A DNA stretch of 63,611 nucleotides, filler included, from Octopus bimaculoides (GCF_001194135.2; 6 parts of 6 records of this genome joined end to end with filler, not necessarily neighbours in it); one strand, 5' to 3'; counted from the whole stretch's first letter, positions 11,901 through 24,935 are shown. Notes: generated by a model from the letters alone, not told the origin. Made by a program: numbers and translations.

Positions 11901-13474
11901 ATATTTGAACATGAACTTAGCTCATGAGATGGGTGGGTGATGGGGGTGGTTCACTCCGAGAGGCGCTTTTATGGGAGCGGCACTATTGGGTTTGCTATAT
12001 AGGTCTCTGTAGGAGACAGGGACAGGAGATTCAAGGATGTTTCTGTACTCGAGTGAGATTTAGTTCTGTAATTAATCGAAGAGAGGCCACACCGGGAGTC
12101 CAATGTGTTGGTCACTTGGCGTGTCTGACACAGCAGCATTCAAGCAACTCTTAGTTTGCATGCTTTTAGCGTGTTTACCAGGCATATGCCCTCAGTAATT
12201 ACTCCAGGCTAAATTCATTTCTACAGTTTGCATGGACTGGACCAACGTGAAATTAAGTGTTTTGCTCAAGAACACAACGGATCACCTGGTCCAGGGATCG
12301 AAAGTACAATCTTACAGTCGTGAATCCAATACCCTAACCACTAAGCGACGTGTCTCCACTAGCAACACTCATTTTTATCAGCTGAGTGAACTGGAACGAT
12401 TTGAAGTGAAGTGTTTTGCTCAAGAACACAGTACATCGCTCGGTCCAGTATTCGAAACCACAGTCTTACGATCGTGAGTTTAACACCCTAACCTCCACAT
12501 TCTTGTAATAACTACACCACAAATATTTGAAGTTACCTTATAAGGAAGTATGATCTTCTGAACTACACCTTAATGCTGTCGTTGAATTTTAGGTCATTAA
12601 TTAATTCGAGGAATAATTTTTAATGGAAAAATATGCGTTGAATTATTTGCAACAAATTGTGTACTGGCTAATGGTTTCGGCTCTCATTTCAAAGATTCTT
12701 CTTCATCTCAAAATTTTTTGTTTTATGTGTTATTAGGTGGACCAAGTAGAAAGTAGCTGAATATAGCCCTCTGCACCAAATGTTATTGTTTAAAATCATG
12801 TTTGAAATAATGTTTGTTGAAAATATCGTACTTTACAAGTAATTATATCTCAGGTCGAAAAGGAGGCTAAAATTCTTTCGTGGAAAGTGAAATAAACAAT
12901 TTAGGCTGACTGTTCAGGTAAAAACGGATGTTCCATACATTCACATATATGCATGTATGTGTGTGTCTATATATGTATATATATTTATATGTGTCTATAT
13001 GTGTTTGTGTCGGAGTCTGTGCATGCGAAAGTGATATCGTAGTAATATATACAATATGTATAAACACAACGGTGCAGTGGCGAAGGACAATTGCTGGTAA
13101 GTGTAGATAAAATGAACAAACTGCTGTATGAGAGAGAGAAAAGTAATTACGTCCTAAAACAAGCATACGTTGAGAATATAAACTTAGGTGGAAACGAGTC
13201 GCATGGAGATGCACGTGATGCTGGAATCCAAATAGCCTGTCATGATGAGGCCATTTACAGTAACCATCTGTGCAGCTTAATTCCTGTCTTCCCATTATTT
13301 TAGAATGTATTCTCTGAAGGTGATTTGCAGTTGATTTATTAGCCGACAAGAGTCAAGAATAGTAAACAAAAGGTGAGCTCCCAAATGAGTAAGAACAAAG
13401 AATTCGGTTTCGATTTCCAGTGAAATTTAATTCATTTTATTCGCGTTGTAAGACGCATTATTTCTCGAACGTAC

Positions 13475-13627
13475 AATTTTCACAGCGTCACTTTCAAAAG
13501 CTAAGCAAGTCATTTCTACGCTATTCATCAACTTGTCATAAAAAGTAACCAACTCTCGCTCAAATCGTATTTTGCTGTCTTTACAAATAAAGGCGACACT
13601 AAAAATGTCGTCATAGATGTCATACGT
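13475..13627 (-). CDS. Candidate internal coding exon, phase 0-0, 51 codons, product unknown
   Basis: Acceptor TATTATTTTCAG|ACG and donor ATT|GTACGT. Open frame TYDIYDDIFSVAFICKDSKIRFERELVTFYDKLMNSVEMTCLAFESDAVKI in unique sequence, inside an 81-codon ORF. Confidence 0.45.
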
Positions 13628-13934
13628 CTGAAAATAATACGTGAGAGTCACGGTTAAAATTCTTTTGGACACAGGAATGAACTATCAAATGTAACTTGGA
13701 CCTAAACAACAATAATTTCTTACATAAGCAGAAAGCCACATCTTTGAGAAGAGTGCTTAGTCAATAAAATCGACATCAGTGCTGGACTGGCATTTTATTT
13801 TGTCGACACCGAAGGAATGAAAGCTAAATTGACTTTAGCTAAATTCGAACTGAGAACGTATGGAATCAGAACAAATAACACAAGGCATTTTTCCGACGCT
13901 CGAACTATTGTATTTTTGCACCCTTGTAAATAGC

Positions 13935-14315
13935 TGTTGGCACTCCGACGCTTACGACGTCGAGGGTTCCAGTTGATCCGATCAACGGAACAGCCTGCTC
14001 GTGAAATTAACGTGCAAGTGGCTGAGCACTCCACAGACACGTGTACCCTTAACGTAGTTCTCGAGGACATTCAGCGTGACACAGTGTGACATGGCAGACC
14101 CTTTGAATTACAGGCACAACAGAAACAGGAAGTAAGAGTGTGAGAAAGTTGTGGTGAAAGAGTACGGCAGGGTTCGCCATCATCCGCTGCCGGAGCCTTG
14201 TGGGGCTTTAGTTGTTTTCGCTCAATAAACACTCACAACGCCCGGTCTGGGAATCGAAACCGCAAACCTATGACCGCGACTCCGCTGCCCTAACCACTGG
14301 GCCATTGCGCCTCCA
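13935..14315 (-). mobile_element. Full-length tRNA-derived SINE (family B) with 13-bp TSD
   Basis: Head GGAGGCGCAATGGCCCAGTGGTTAGGGCAGCGGA..GGTTTCGATTCCC with A and B boxes. Flanking direct repeat CCTTGTAAATAGC at 13922-13934 and 14316-14328. Confidence 0.9.
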
Positions 14316-14529
14316 CCTTGTAAATAGCAGACAAACAGAATCAATCAAATAACAAGAGCACTCAGAGAGCACAAACCTCCGCCGAGGCAACACCAACGCC
14401 CTCCTAACGATTATCCAGAGAGAATATCTGAGAATACCTGAAATAAACTCGACTGCTCTTACAAACTAGAATACTAAAAATGAAAGCGACCGCTCTGAAA
14501 AAATTTCATCCGAAATGATGAAAGACAAA

Positions 14530-15100
14530 ATCAACATCGGCGGAATTTGAACTCAGAACGTAACGTCAGACGAAATACTGCTAAGCATTTCGCCCGGCGT
14601 GCTAACGTTTCTGCCAGCTCGCTGCCGTCGTTGTGCCGATAATAAACGCACACAATGGTTCGCCACCATCCCCTGCCGGAGCCTCGTAGAGCTTTGCGGC
14701 GTTTTCGTTCAATAAACACTTACAACGCCCGTTCTGGGAATCGAAACCGCGATCCTACGACCGCGAATCCGCTGCCCTAACCACTGGGCCATTGTGCCAC
14801 CACACAAGTCAATTTCATCGACCCTGGAACGTTGAAAGGCAAAGTGGACCTCGGTGACGTTTGAAGTTAGGATGTAAAGAAGCCAAAAGAATGGCTGCTA
14901 AGCATTCTGTCCGTCGTTATAATCTTTTCTACTATAGTTACAAGGTCTGGAATTTGAGGGAGGGTCTTGTAGATTACATGGAACTGTGTGCGTAACTGGT
15001 AATTATTTCATCGACCCCGAAAGGATGAAAGACAAAGTCGACGTCAGTGGAATTCGAACTTAGCACCTCAGGACAGACGAAATGCCGCTCAGCATTTGTC
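14530..15100 (-). mobile_element. Cluster of nested SINE A and SINE B (5' part) fragments
   Basis: Reverse matches to the family A core (GAATTTGAACTCAGAACG) and the family B head (14650-14800). Confidence 0.7.
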
Positions 15101-15124
15101 TAAACAATTGTCTTCCACTAGAGC

Positions 15125-15185
15125 CCCAGACCGACCAATGCCTTGTGAGTGGATTTGGTAGACGGAAACTGAAAGAAACCCGTCG

Positions 15186-15221
<36 letters not shown>

Positions 15222-15490
15222 CCTGTTTGTGCCTGTGCTTCGCCCTCGTAACTTAGCGATTCGGCAAAAGATGCCGATAGAATAAGCTCTAGGCTTACAA
15301 AGAATAAGTCCTGGGGTCGATTCTTTCGTCTACAAACCGTTTAAATGGGCTTCCGTACAGTTCCATGAACCAAATTCACTCACTCACAAAGGCGTTGTCG
15401 GCTCAGGACTATATTAGAAGGTACGGCGTCGTGAGACTGAAGCCGAAACAGCATGGTTCCAAAGCGAGCTTCTTAATCGCACAGCCATGC
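15125..15490. mobile_element. Two SINE D fragments in opposite orientation
   Basis: GCCTTGTGAGTGGATTTGGTAGACGGAAACTG on + at ~15140 and its reverse at ~15350-15490. Confidence 0.7.
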
Positions 15491-16560
15491 TTGCGACTTA
15501 ATTCCAGTAATTTTATACTTGCTTTCCAAAGCCATGTTCGGAACAGCCATCCCATCCTTCATAAACCTGGAACCAGTGTTGTATGGTTAAACCTCTCCAG
15601 TTTGTACGTTCCTCGTATTTAGATCCAATGTATTTGTGTTTGTTTATGAAGCCTGACCTGGCTTTTTCGCTTGTTGTGCCCACATAACAGTGATATATGG
15701 ACGGAATCGCTTAGCATCTCTAATCTATATTTCACTTCTATAATACAGAACATAGGTCAGAGTTTATGTTGAATGATAACATTGATCGACAAATGTTTAT
15801 AATGAACATTGTGACGCTGGAGAATACAAATTGCCAGTATCGTTGTCGCGATAACGCTCGTGTATAATTATTCTTTTAAGCCAGCGCCAATGAAGCTGTT
15901 TCCTTCCTACGCAGTTTCTTTAGTTGATGGAAGAGACCAACACAAGTAGGTAATTTCGTTAGGGGCACACAGAATCAATCCAGTATTCATTACGTGTTGG
16001 TCAAGGAGATAAAACCAATAAATAAAACGATGTAAATAGTTGGAAAGCCCTTCACGAAGTTATANNNNNNNNNNNNNNNNNNNNNNNNNNNNNNNNNNNN
16101 NNNNNNNNNNNNNNNNNNNNNNNNNNNNNNNNNNNNNNNNNNNNNNNNNNNNNNNNNNNNNNNNNNNNNNNNNNNNNNNNNNNNNNNNNNNNNNNNNNNN
16201 NNNNNNNNNNNNNNNNNNNNNNNNNNNNNNNNNNNNNNNNNNNNNNNNNNNNNNNNNNNNNNNNNNNNNNNNNNNNNNNNNNNNNNNNNNNNNNNNNNNN
16301 NNNNNNNNNNNNNNNNNNNNNNNNNNNNNNNNNNNNNNNNNNNNNNNNNNNNNNNNNNNNNNNNNNNNNNNNNNNNNNNNNNNNNNNNNNNNNNNNNNNN
16401 NNNNNNNNNNNNNNNNNNNNNNNNNNNNNNNNNNNNNNNNNNNNNNNNNNNNNNNNNNNNNNNNNNNNNNNNNNNNNNNNNNNTATGTGTGTCTGTCCAC
16501 CCCCACCCGCCCTCTATCGCTTGATAACTGCTATTTACTATATGCTTACTCCTAGAACGT

Positions 16561-16819
16561 AGTGGAGGCGCAATGGCCCAGTGGTTAGCGGACTCGCGAT
16601 CATAGGATCGCAGTTTCGATTCCCAGACCGGGCGTTGTGAGTGTTCAAAGGGTCAGTCTTGTCACACTGTGTCACGCTGAATATCCCCCGAGAACTGCGT
16701 TAAGGGTACACGTGTCTGTGGAGTGCTCAGCCACTTGCACGTTAATTTCATGAGCAGACTGTTCCGTTGATCGGATCAACTGGAACCCTCGACGTGGTAA
16801 GCGACGGAGTTCCAACACC
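16561..16819 (+). mobile_element. Internally deleted SINE B with 10-bp TSD, immediately upstream of a SINE C
   Basis: Matches the head and tail of 13935-14315 but lacks the middle. CCTAGAACGT is duplicated at 16551-16560 and 16820-16829. Confidence 0.85.
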
Positions 16820-16829
16820 CCTAGAACGT

Positions 16830-17155
16830 GAAACGCATGGCTCAGTGGTTAGAGCGTCGAGCTTACGATTGCGTGGTTGTGAGTTTGAATCCCGGACCAG
16901 GCTGCATGTTGTGTTCTTGAGCAAGACACTTTATTTCACGTTGCTCCAGTTCACTCAGCTGTAGAAATGAGTTGCGACGTCACGGGTGCCAAGCTGCATC
17001 GGTCTTTGCCTTTCCCTTGGATAACACTGGTGGCGTGGAGAGGGGAGGCCGGTATGTATGGGCAACTGCTAGTCTTCTATAAAAATAACCTTGCCCGGAC
17101 TTGTGCCTTGGAGGGTAACTTTCTAGGTGCAATCCCATGGTCAGTCATGACCCTA
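16830..17155 (+). mobile_element. tRNA-derived SINE family C (fragments also at ~12200-12490, 22325-22478, 48600-48790, 62515-62620)
   Basis: TGGCTCAGTGGTTAGAGCG (A box) ..GAGTTTGAATCCC (B box), followed by GTTGTGTTCTTGAGCAAGACACTTTATTTCAC shared among copies. Confidence 0.8.
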
Positions 17156-17179
17156 GAAACTATGAAAAATGGCTAATAT

Positions 17180-17360
17180 TTCCTTCAAAATTTGCTTTTG
17201 TTACATTAATTGAAACCCCCCAAATTTATCTCAACACATGGCTATGATACTCCCCCACTATTCCTGCTCATGATCAGAGATGCACATATTGTCAACCATG
17301 CTCAAATTATAACAGTCAAACAACTAACAAGCAAATCTGTGGTATCGAACAGAATATTTG
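17180..17360 (-). repeat. Dispersed repeat, reverse copy of ~39450-39660
   Basis: ACATGGCTATGAT..CCCCCACTA..CTGCTCATGATCAGAGATGCACATAT..AAGCAAATCTGTGGTAT is shared in reverse. Confidence 0.75.
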
Positions 17361-19778
17361 CTATAACGATATTTTTGCTTCAGCACTGAATCAGTCTGAA
17401 ATGTAATGGGAAATAGGCCAGTTTTAAAACATTGATGACCGGAACACAAACGCAAAGTTTGAAGGGAATAGTAGTCGTTTCTTTTCATTTCTAGATAGAA
17501 GCAAGTAGGAAATAACACTTACTGACCAAAGACAAAAAAATGTTTTTAATAAAAGTGTTATTAAAGAGTGTTATTTTTGAAACTTCGACGCAAAGCCTAT
17601 AATTTTAAGCAAGCTGGGGTAAGTCGATTAAAGCAACGTCAGTGTTCTTCAGCAGGTACTTTTCTTATCGACCCCTGAAAGGGATGATAGACAAAGTCGG
17701 CCTCGGTGGAATTTGAACCCGGAACGTAATGCTCAGACGGAAGAAACGCTGTTAAGCATTTGTTCCGACACACTAACGATACTAGCAGCCCGCTACGTTA
17801 ATCAACCATTTTATAACTATGCTAACAATCACCTGAAATAGCCGTCATATTGAATGAATGTACTCAAAATGCAAGCAGACATAACACTGCTATTTTCATC
17901 TTCAGACTACTGTAGTAGTAGTAGTAGTGGTGGTGGTGGTGGCGGTGGTGGTGGTGGTAACGCGGGTGGTGCTGGTGTCATGGGTGCGCGGTACTAATTG
18001 GGGTGGAACAGTGGTACTTACCCGTGAAGTCACAGAAATAATAATACAAACCAATGAGAAGATGTCTATACGGAGCTAAATGACTCTAGCAGATTAACTA
18101 TCTTTGTAAAGGCTATAGTTAGCTTCCATTGATCGTATCTTTTTTCATGTTGAACCTCGGCATTTGTCTCACACACACAAAAATGTATATATGTATATAT
18201 ATATCACTTCTCGTTCTTACCTTCTCAATCACCCTCGCTCACCCTGTCTCTCTGTCTGTTTGCCTTTGCCTATCTATTAGTGATGAATACTAATATGAAT
18301 TAGTAAGCTAATAGAATAAACGTAACATCATTGTTATTAGGAAACCGTTGGAATTAATGAGTTGCTGTATTAAGTTACAACCGTCGCGGTTTTTACCGTG
18401 AAATCCAACCAGAATGGAGCTTGCTGTCAAATCTTCAAGAGCTTTAAATAAAATGTTTCAAATTTTTGGTGGGAAGTGGGGTTAATTGAATATATTGGTC
18501 CCAGTGCTCAAACTGATAGTTATTTTATCGACTTCTGAAGGATGAACGACAGAGTCGATCTCGGCGGCGTTTGAACTCGATTTCTTACACTAAATATTTC
18601 GAGGCAGTGCCCCAGCATGACCGCAGTGTAATGACTGAAACAAATAAATAATTAAAAGACAGAAGACCCTGGGATAAAGCGAAACTGGTGTAGCTACTCA
18701 GAGGTAACGCAAGGCCTTCTGAATCCAATGCATTTTTGACATCACTTCCGTATTTCCAACAGACATCTCAGGATCACAAGCGGTTTGTCCCTGGGCCTGG
18801 ACGCTTTGCCTGTGTAGGGCAGTGAAGACTAAATTAGTCTTCGCCAGCGAAAGGGTTCCACCTGCAGTTTCTTGTCAACCACAGCCACATTGAACTGTTC
18901 TGTGCTGCCATATGTCTTTAGTGACTTTCTTAAATTTTCCGTGTTTCAGATTAATCTTCTGCAGTTAACAGCCTATTTATTTAGCTGGAAAGCCGAAGAA
19001 ACTGACTCCAATAGGGAACGAAACCGCGTGTCATCCCTTGACAAGTCCTCGGCAAGCAAGTCCTAATATTTGGTTTTCTTTTGTACTTTTTACAGAAAAT
19101 ATATTTGAAGTTTTTCATGATTAATGAATAACTATATATTGGTGCTTTTAATGATCAAAGAAGATTCTGTATTATAAGACAGTGATCAAATTTCGCCTGG
19201 AAGTTTATATCTGTCAAATACTGCATGGACTTCATTCACGTTTGGAATGTCTATAATTTCAAGTATAAATATTAATTCTGCATTATTTCAGATTTATTTA
19301 TTTTCCATAATCTGAATTTCATTTCCTACACAGCTTTTATCCGGTGTGGTTTCTGTATTATTTTTACTCCTAATAAAACAGTTAGAAGCATTCAGAACAT
19401 TCATAAAATGTTTCTTTCCCATTTGGGAAAAAAGATTCTTCAAAAGGGTTCCTCCGAGATATAAAACAGGCAATCGGGTCTGTAATCTCGTCATTTATCA
19501 TTATATTCAAAAATTTTCAACAAACATAAGTATAACATTTAAAAAAAAAACGAGAATAAAAGCTAAAAAAAAAAAACATATAAAGAAACAGCAACAGAAA
19601 TCGTGTGAAATAGCTTGAAATTCTGTTGTAAAAAAAAAACAGTTGGGTTTACATATAACATATCCCAATGCATAAATATAAGCAACGGGAAATGTGATAA
19701 TNNNNNNNNNNNNNNNNNNNNNNNNNNNNNNNNNNNNNNNNNNNNNNNNNNNNNNNNNNNNNNNNNNNNNNNNNNNNN

Positions 19779-19811
<33 letters not shown>

Positions 19812-19885
19812 CATACATATATGTGTGTGTGCGTGTATGTATATATGCATACATACACATCACATTTATATCAATACTTATATTA

Positions 19886-19924
<39 letters not shown>

Positions 19925-20934
19925 CTATATATTTTATCCGTTTGTGTATCTGCTTCAGTTAGATTTCCAAGGCACGTACATCCGTCCTTGAGATAGACTA
20001 CTTTGAAGAGTTTCCAACTTAGTCATCCTGGGGTCATGTCTCTAATAATAAACTTACATCACGCCAGGTTTCCATATCAGTGCCAAAACTATTTTCAGGT
20101 CAAGGAAAAAAAAAAAAAAATTAAACGAAATTCAACATTATTTTTAACATAGAAACGGATTCGAGGCATATATATAATATATATATANNNNNNNNNNNNN
20201 NNNNNNNNNNNNNNNNNNNNNNNNNNNNNNNNNNNNNNNNNNNNNNNNNNNNNNNNNNNNNNNNNNNNNNNNNNNNNNNNNNNNNNNNNNNNNNNNNNNN
20301 NNNNNNNNNNNNNNNNNNNNNNNNNNNNNNNNNNNNNNNNNNNNNNNNNNNNNNNNNNNNNNNNNNNNNNNNNNNNNNNNNNNNNNNNNNNNNNNNNNNN
20401 NNNNNNNNNNNNNNNNNNNNNNNNNNNNNNNNNNNNNNNNNNNNNNNNNNNNNNNNNNNNNNNNNNNNNNNNNNNNNNNNNNNNNNNNNNNNNNNNNNNN
20501 NNNNNNNNNNNNNNNNNNNNNNNNNNNNNNNNNNNNNNNNNNNNNNNNNNNNNNNNNNNNNNNNNNNNNNNNNNNNNNNNNNNNNNNNNNNNNNNNNNNN
20601 NNNNNNNNNNNNNNNNNNNNNNNNNNNNNNNNNNNNNNNNNNNNNNNNNNNNNNNNNNNNNNNNNNNCTCTCTCTCTCTCCCTCTCACTTTCTCTCTCTC
20701 TCCCTCTCACTTTCTCTCTCTCTCCCTCTCACTTTCTCTCTCTCTCTTTCTCTTTCTCCTTGTCTCTCTCTTTCTCTGTTTCTCTTTTTCTCCCTCCCTC
20801 TCTTTCTCTCTCTTTCTCTCCCTCCTTCTCAGTATGTGTAGGAGCATATTTATTTGCATGAGATGGAATGTGCATATGACATTTGTTCAGTTATTAAACT
20901 GTAATCTCTTTCTCCCTCTTCCCCTCTCCGTCCC

Positions 20935-20996
<62 letters not shown>

Positions 20997-21589
20997 NNNN
21001 NNNNNNTCTCTTTGTATCTGTATGTGTATATTACTGTACGCAAAGGTGTGTGTGTGTTTGTCTTTTGCGACAAAAATACTGTCCCCAACACAAACTGAGT
21101 GTCCATTCAGCCGTGCCAAACCTTCAGCGTCCAAACAGCTGCGCCCGGTTGTCTCATTCCGCAGACAAAATGCCTGGCAATAGCTATGTCACTATACATT
21201 GTGCTTCAAATGACTCAGGCTCAGTAATACTATAAATTACTAGAAAGAAATTAAACCCTCCCTCCTGTGTAATAGTGGTGACTGCATAGTCACTGTTTTT
21301 CTATATATCAATGGAAAGTAAATTTGACTAGCATGCAGTGGGTGGGTCCCTACAGCTGATGAGGTGCAATTTTACAACACCTAAACAACTCCCTAAGAGA
21401 CTGAAGGTTATCGGAACTGAAATATTTTGAGTTGATTTGCAGAAAAGTGCAATCCTGTATTCTGTAAGGATTCTATGAAAGATTCTTAAACCTTGAGGAG
21501 ACTTGTTGTCACCAAACATCAAGATAAAAAAAAGAAACAACTAATTGAAATTAGAATGCAATTTCTATATCTTCTTTTACTTGTTCCAG

Positions 21590-21945
21590 TCATTAGACTG
21601 CGGCCATGCTGGGGCATCGCCTTAAATAATTTTAGTCGAAACAATCGGCTACAGAAATGGTACTTAATTTATCGACTCCGAAAGGTTGAAAGACAAAGTT
21701 GACCTTGTCGGAATTTGAACTCAGAACATTCTTTTCTATTCAAGGCACAAGGCCCTGAATTTTAGGAGAGGGGCTAGTCGATTAGATCGACCCCAGTACG
21801 CAACTGGTACTTAATTTATAGATTCCGAAAGGATGAAAGGCAAAGTCGACCGCGGTGGAATTCGAACTCAGAACCTAAAGACAAACGAAATACAGCTAAG
21901 CATTTTGCCCGGTGTGCTAACCATTCTGCCAGCTCACCGCCAATA
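21590..21945 (-). mobile_element. SINE A copies plus SINE D tail fragment
   Basis: AAGGATGAAAGGCAAAGTCGACC..GAATTCGAACTCAGAAC..CTGCCAGCTCACCGCC. Confidence 0.75.
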
Positions 21946-22478
21946 ATAATAATAATAAACATAATGATTTTTTTTTTACCACAAGGTCGCCGGATGTGAA
22001 CGAGGATAGAAAGACAGATATAAAGTGTGGGTGTTTACATAAAACCCAATGATAGGAAACACTTTGAAATATAAATATCCAGCGTTTAGAATGTTAAAAT
22101 AAAAACTGAAACAAGTAAACATGGTAAACTACATCAAAAGAAAACGACCAGGATGGTGAGGCAATCTCCTTGCATCAGATTGCTGTTTCTCTTCCGTGTA
22201 ACTATGGAGTTGATGAGGAGTTCGGCTGAAGGAGCTGGCAGTAAGTTTAGTTGTTGTTGGCGCCGGATTTGATTTTCTTTTACTGCTTTATTTTGAAGTT
22301 GCGGTTGTGGTTGTGGTTTCACTGGTTATGGGTGGCTTAGTGGTCAGAGGTGTTTGGCTCACAATCGCAAGGTCATTAGTTCGAAAACAGGTGGTGCGTT
22401 GTGTTCTTGAGCAAGACACTTTATTTCACGTTGTTCCAGTTCACTCAGCTGGCAAAAATGATTTGTGCCTGTAATTCG

Positions 22479-23495
22479 TAAGGCGCCGGGACTGGATGGT
22501 CTGCCCTATGAACTGTATAAAAGTATGCCAGACTTGTTCGGGCACCTGCTGGCGTATGTCTACACGAACTGGCAGCAAAATGGGTTCATTCCCAGTTCTG
22601 TGCGTCGGGGAGTGGTAACGCTTGTCAGAAAGGACCCGAACAAGGGGGATTGTATTGATAATTTTCGACCCATCACTCTACTAAACACAGAGTTGAAGAT
22701 TTTAGCCAAAGTGTTATCGAAAAGATTGGCGCGTGTCGCGGATGGCTTGATCAGGAAGGCACAAACATGTGCCGTTGCCGGTAGATCCATTCCAGGTTAA
22801 CCTCCATCTTATACGGTACACTGTAGAGGGGTTTAATAACGATTCTGGCAAGGGAGGGGCAGTGGTCCATTTAGACCAATCAAAGGCTTTTGATAAGGTT
22901 GACCATCATTACCTGGTGTCCGTTCTGCGCGGTTCGGCCTGGGTCTTGGCTTTCTCAGGTGGATCATTGAAATTTATNNNNNNNNNNNNNNNNNNNNNNN
23001 NNNNNNNNNNNNNNNNNNNNNNNNNNNNNNNNNNNNNNNNNNNNNNNNNNNNNNNNNNNNNNNNNNNNNNNNNNNNNNNNNNNNNNNNNNNNNNNNNNNN
23101 NNNNNNNNNNNNNNNNNNNNNNNNNNNNNNNNNNNNNNNNNNNNNNNNNNNNNNNNNNNNNNNNNNNNNNNNNNNNNNNNNNNNNNNNNNNNNNNNNNNN
23201 NNNNNNNNNNNNNNNNNNNNNNNNNNNNNNNNNNNNNNNNNNNNNNAGGCAAGGCCATTGAGGAATACGAGACGGTGGCAGGAGCAAAGGTTAATCGTGA
23301 AAAGTCAGTCGGCTTGCAGCTCGGCACCTGGATAGGCAAGTCGATACTTCCTGACGGCGTCGTGGCACGTTGGTGGACAGAGGGTCCGATTAAGTTGCTA
23401 GGCGTCTTGTTCGGACCAGGCCTCCAAATAGAGAAGAAATGGGCCGAGGTAGCGAGTAGGGTGGTCCACATTGCCAAGACCCGTTTAATGGCGGC
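22479..23495 (+). mobile_element. Truncated L1/Tx1-type non-LTR retrotransposon RT fragment (frameshifted, gap inside)
   Basis: KAPGLDGLPYELYK..NFRPITLLNTELKILAKVLSKRL..QTCAVAGRSI / GAVVHLDQSKAFDKVDH / GAKVNREKS..PIKLLGVLFG are classic L1/Tx1 RT motifs. Frameshift near 22790; the YADD region falls in the N gap. Confidence 0.9.
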
Positions 23496-24895
23496 GAGCT
23501 GGCAGGAACGTTTGCCTGGCGGGAAAATGCTTAGCGGCGTTTCGTCCGCATTTACCTTCTGAGGTCGACTTTACCTTTCATCCGTCTGGAGTCAATAAAA
23601 TTATTACCAGTTGAGCGCTGGGGTCGATGTAATCCCTTTACACCTCCCCGAAATTGCCGGCCTTGTACCAAAAGGTGAAACCAATATTTTAACCCATTTG
23701 AAGAACAGCTGGCAGGATTGCTATAGTGCCAGACATAATGCTTACAGGCATTTCTTTCGTCTATATTCCGAGTTCAAATGCTGCTAGAGTCAATAAAATT
23801 AGCACCAGCTGTGTTCTGAGTCAATAAAGTTTGTACCAGTCGTGTACTGAGGTCATTATAAACGCCTTACTCCTCCCTGTAACTGCTAACTTTGTTCCAA
23901 AATTGGAAACCAATATTTGAATCCGTTTATTTTGAATTTTCCGTTGGATTCTGTAACATTCTTATTTAACACTTCGCAACATTAATCGAAGAAGACAGAA
24001 TAACATCGGATATCTGCGAACGAACGCTGAACTATTTCCAATTATGGAACACGAACGAGTTTGTTTCGTCTTCGCAAGCAAAAAAAAAAAAAAAAAAAAA
24101 ANNNNNNNNNNNNNNNNNNNNNNNNNNNNNNNNNNNNNNNNNNNNNNNNNNNNNNNNNNNNNNNNNNNNNNNNNNNNNNNNNNNNNNNNNNNNNNNNNNN
24201 NNNNNNNNNNNNNNNNNNNNNNNNNNNNNNNNNNNNNNNNNNNNNNNNNNNNNNNNNNNNNNNNNNNNNNNNNNNNNNNNNNNNNNNNNNNNNNNNNNNN
24301 NNNNNNNNNNNNNNNNNNNNNNNNNNNNNNNNNNNNNNNNNNNNNNNNNNNNNNNNNNNNNNNNNNNNNNNNNNNNNNNNNNNNNNNNNNNNNNNNNNNN
24401 NNNNNNNNNNNNNNNNNNNNNNNNNNNNNNNNNNNNNNNNNNNNNNNNNNNNNNNNNNNNNNNNNNNNNNNNNNNNNNNNNNNNNNNNNNNNNNNNNNNN
24501 NNNNNNNNNNNNNNNNNNNNNNNNNNNNNNNNNNNNNNNNNNNNNNNNNNNNNNNNNNNNNNNNNNNNNNNNNNNNNNNNNNNNNNNNNNNNNNNNNNNN
24601 NNNNNNNAAAAACAACATGGCAGAATAGCTGATGTTAACAATAGTTGCATATAACAGAATAGTCATTGATAATTATCTCTTGTTTATTTTATATTTTATT
24701 GATTAATTCTATATGCCTATATTTTTTTATATTCTTTATTTTTATTTTCATTTCTGTTTTATTTTTTTCTGTGAGGGATATCGCGTTCAATTCAATCTCA
24801 TCTCGTGTTTCCCTTTGATGTTGTTAGCATACAACCTTGATTCAATGCAACTGTTTATAATAAGCTATGCCATTATCCTCGTGATCACGTTTATG

Positions 24896-24935
<40 letters not shown>

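Noticed and set aside
13935-17155. tRNA-like A/B boxes as real tRNA genes
   Set aside because: They are heads of multi-copy SINEs with long unrelated bodies and TSDs; no complete cloverleaf. A degenerate tRNA-like stretch at ~2375-2435 (-) was likewise not callable.
18397-18441. 45-nt minus exon candidate (A)LEDLTASSILVGFH
   Set aside because: Adequate splice sites but no motif, and its phase does not join neighbouring candidates; such hits are common in AT-rich DNA.
18660-19060. GC-richer segment as a coding exon
   Set aside because: All frames interrupted; more likely an old retroelement 5' region, but unassignable.
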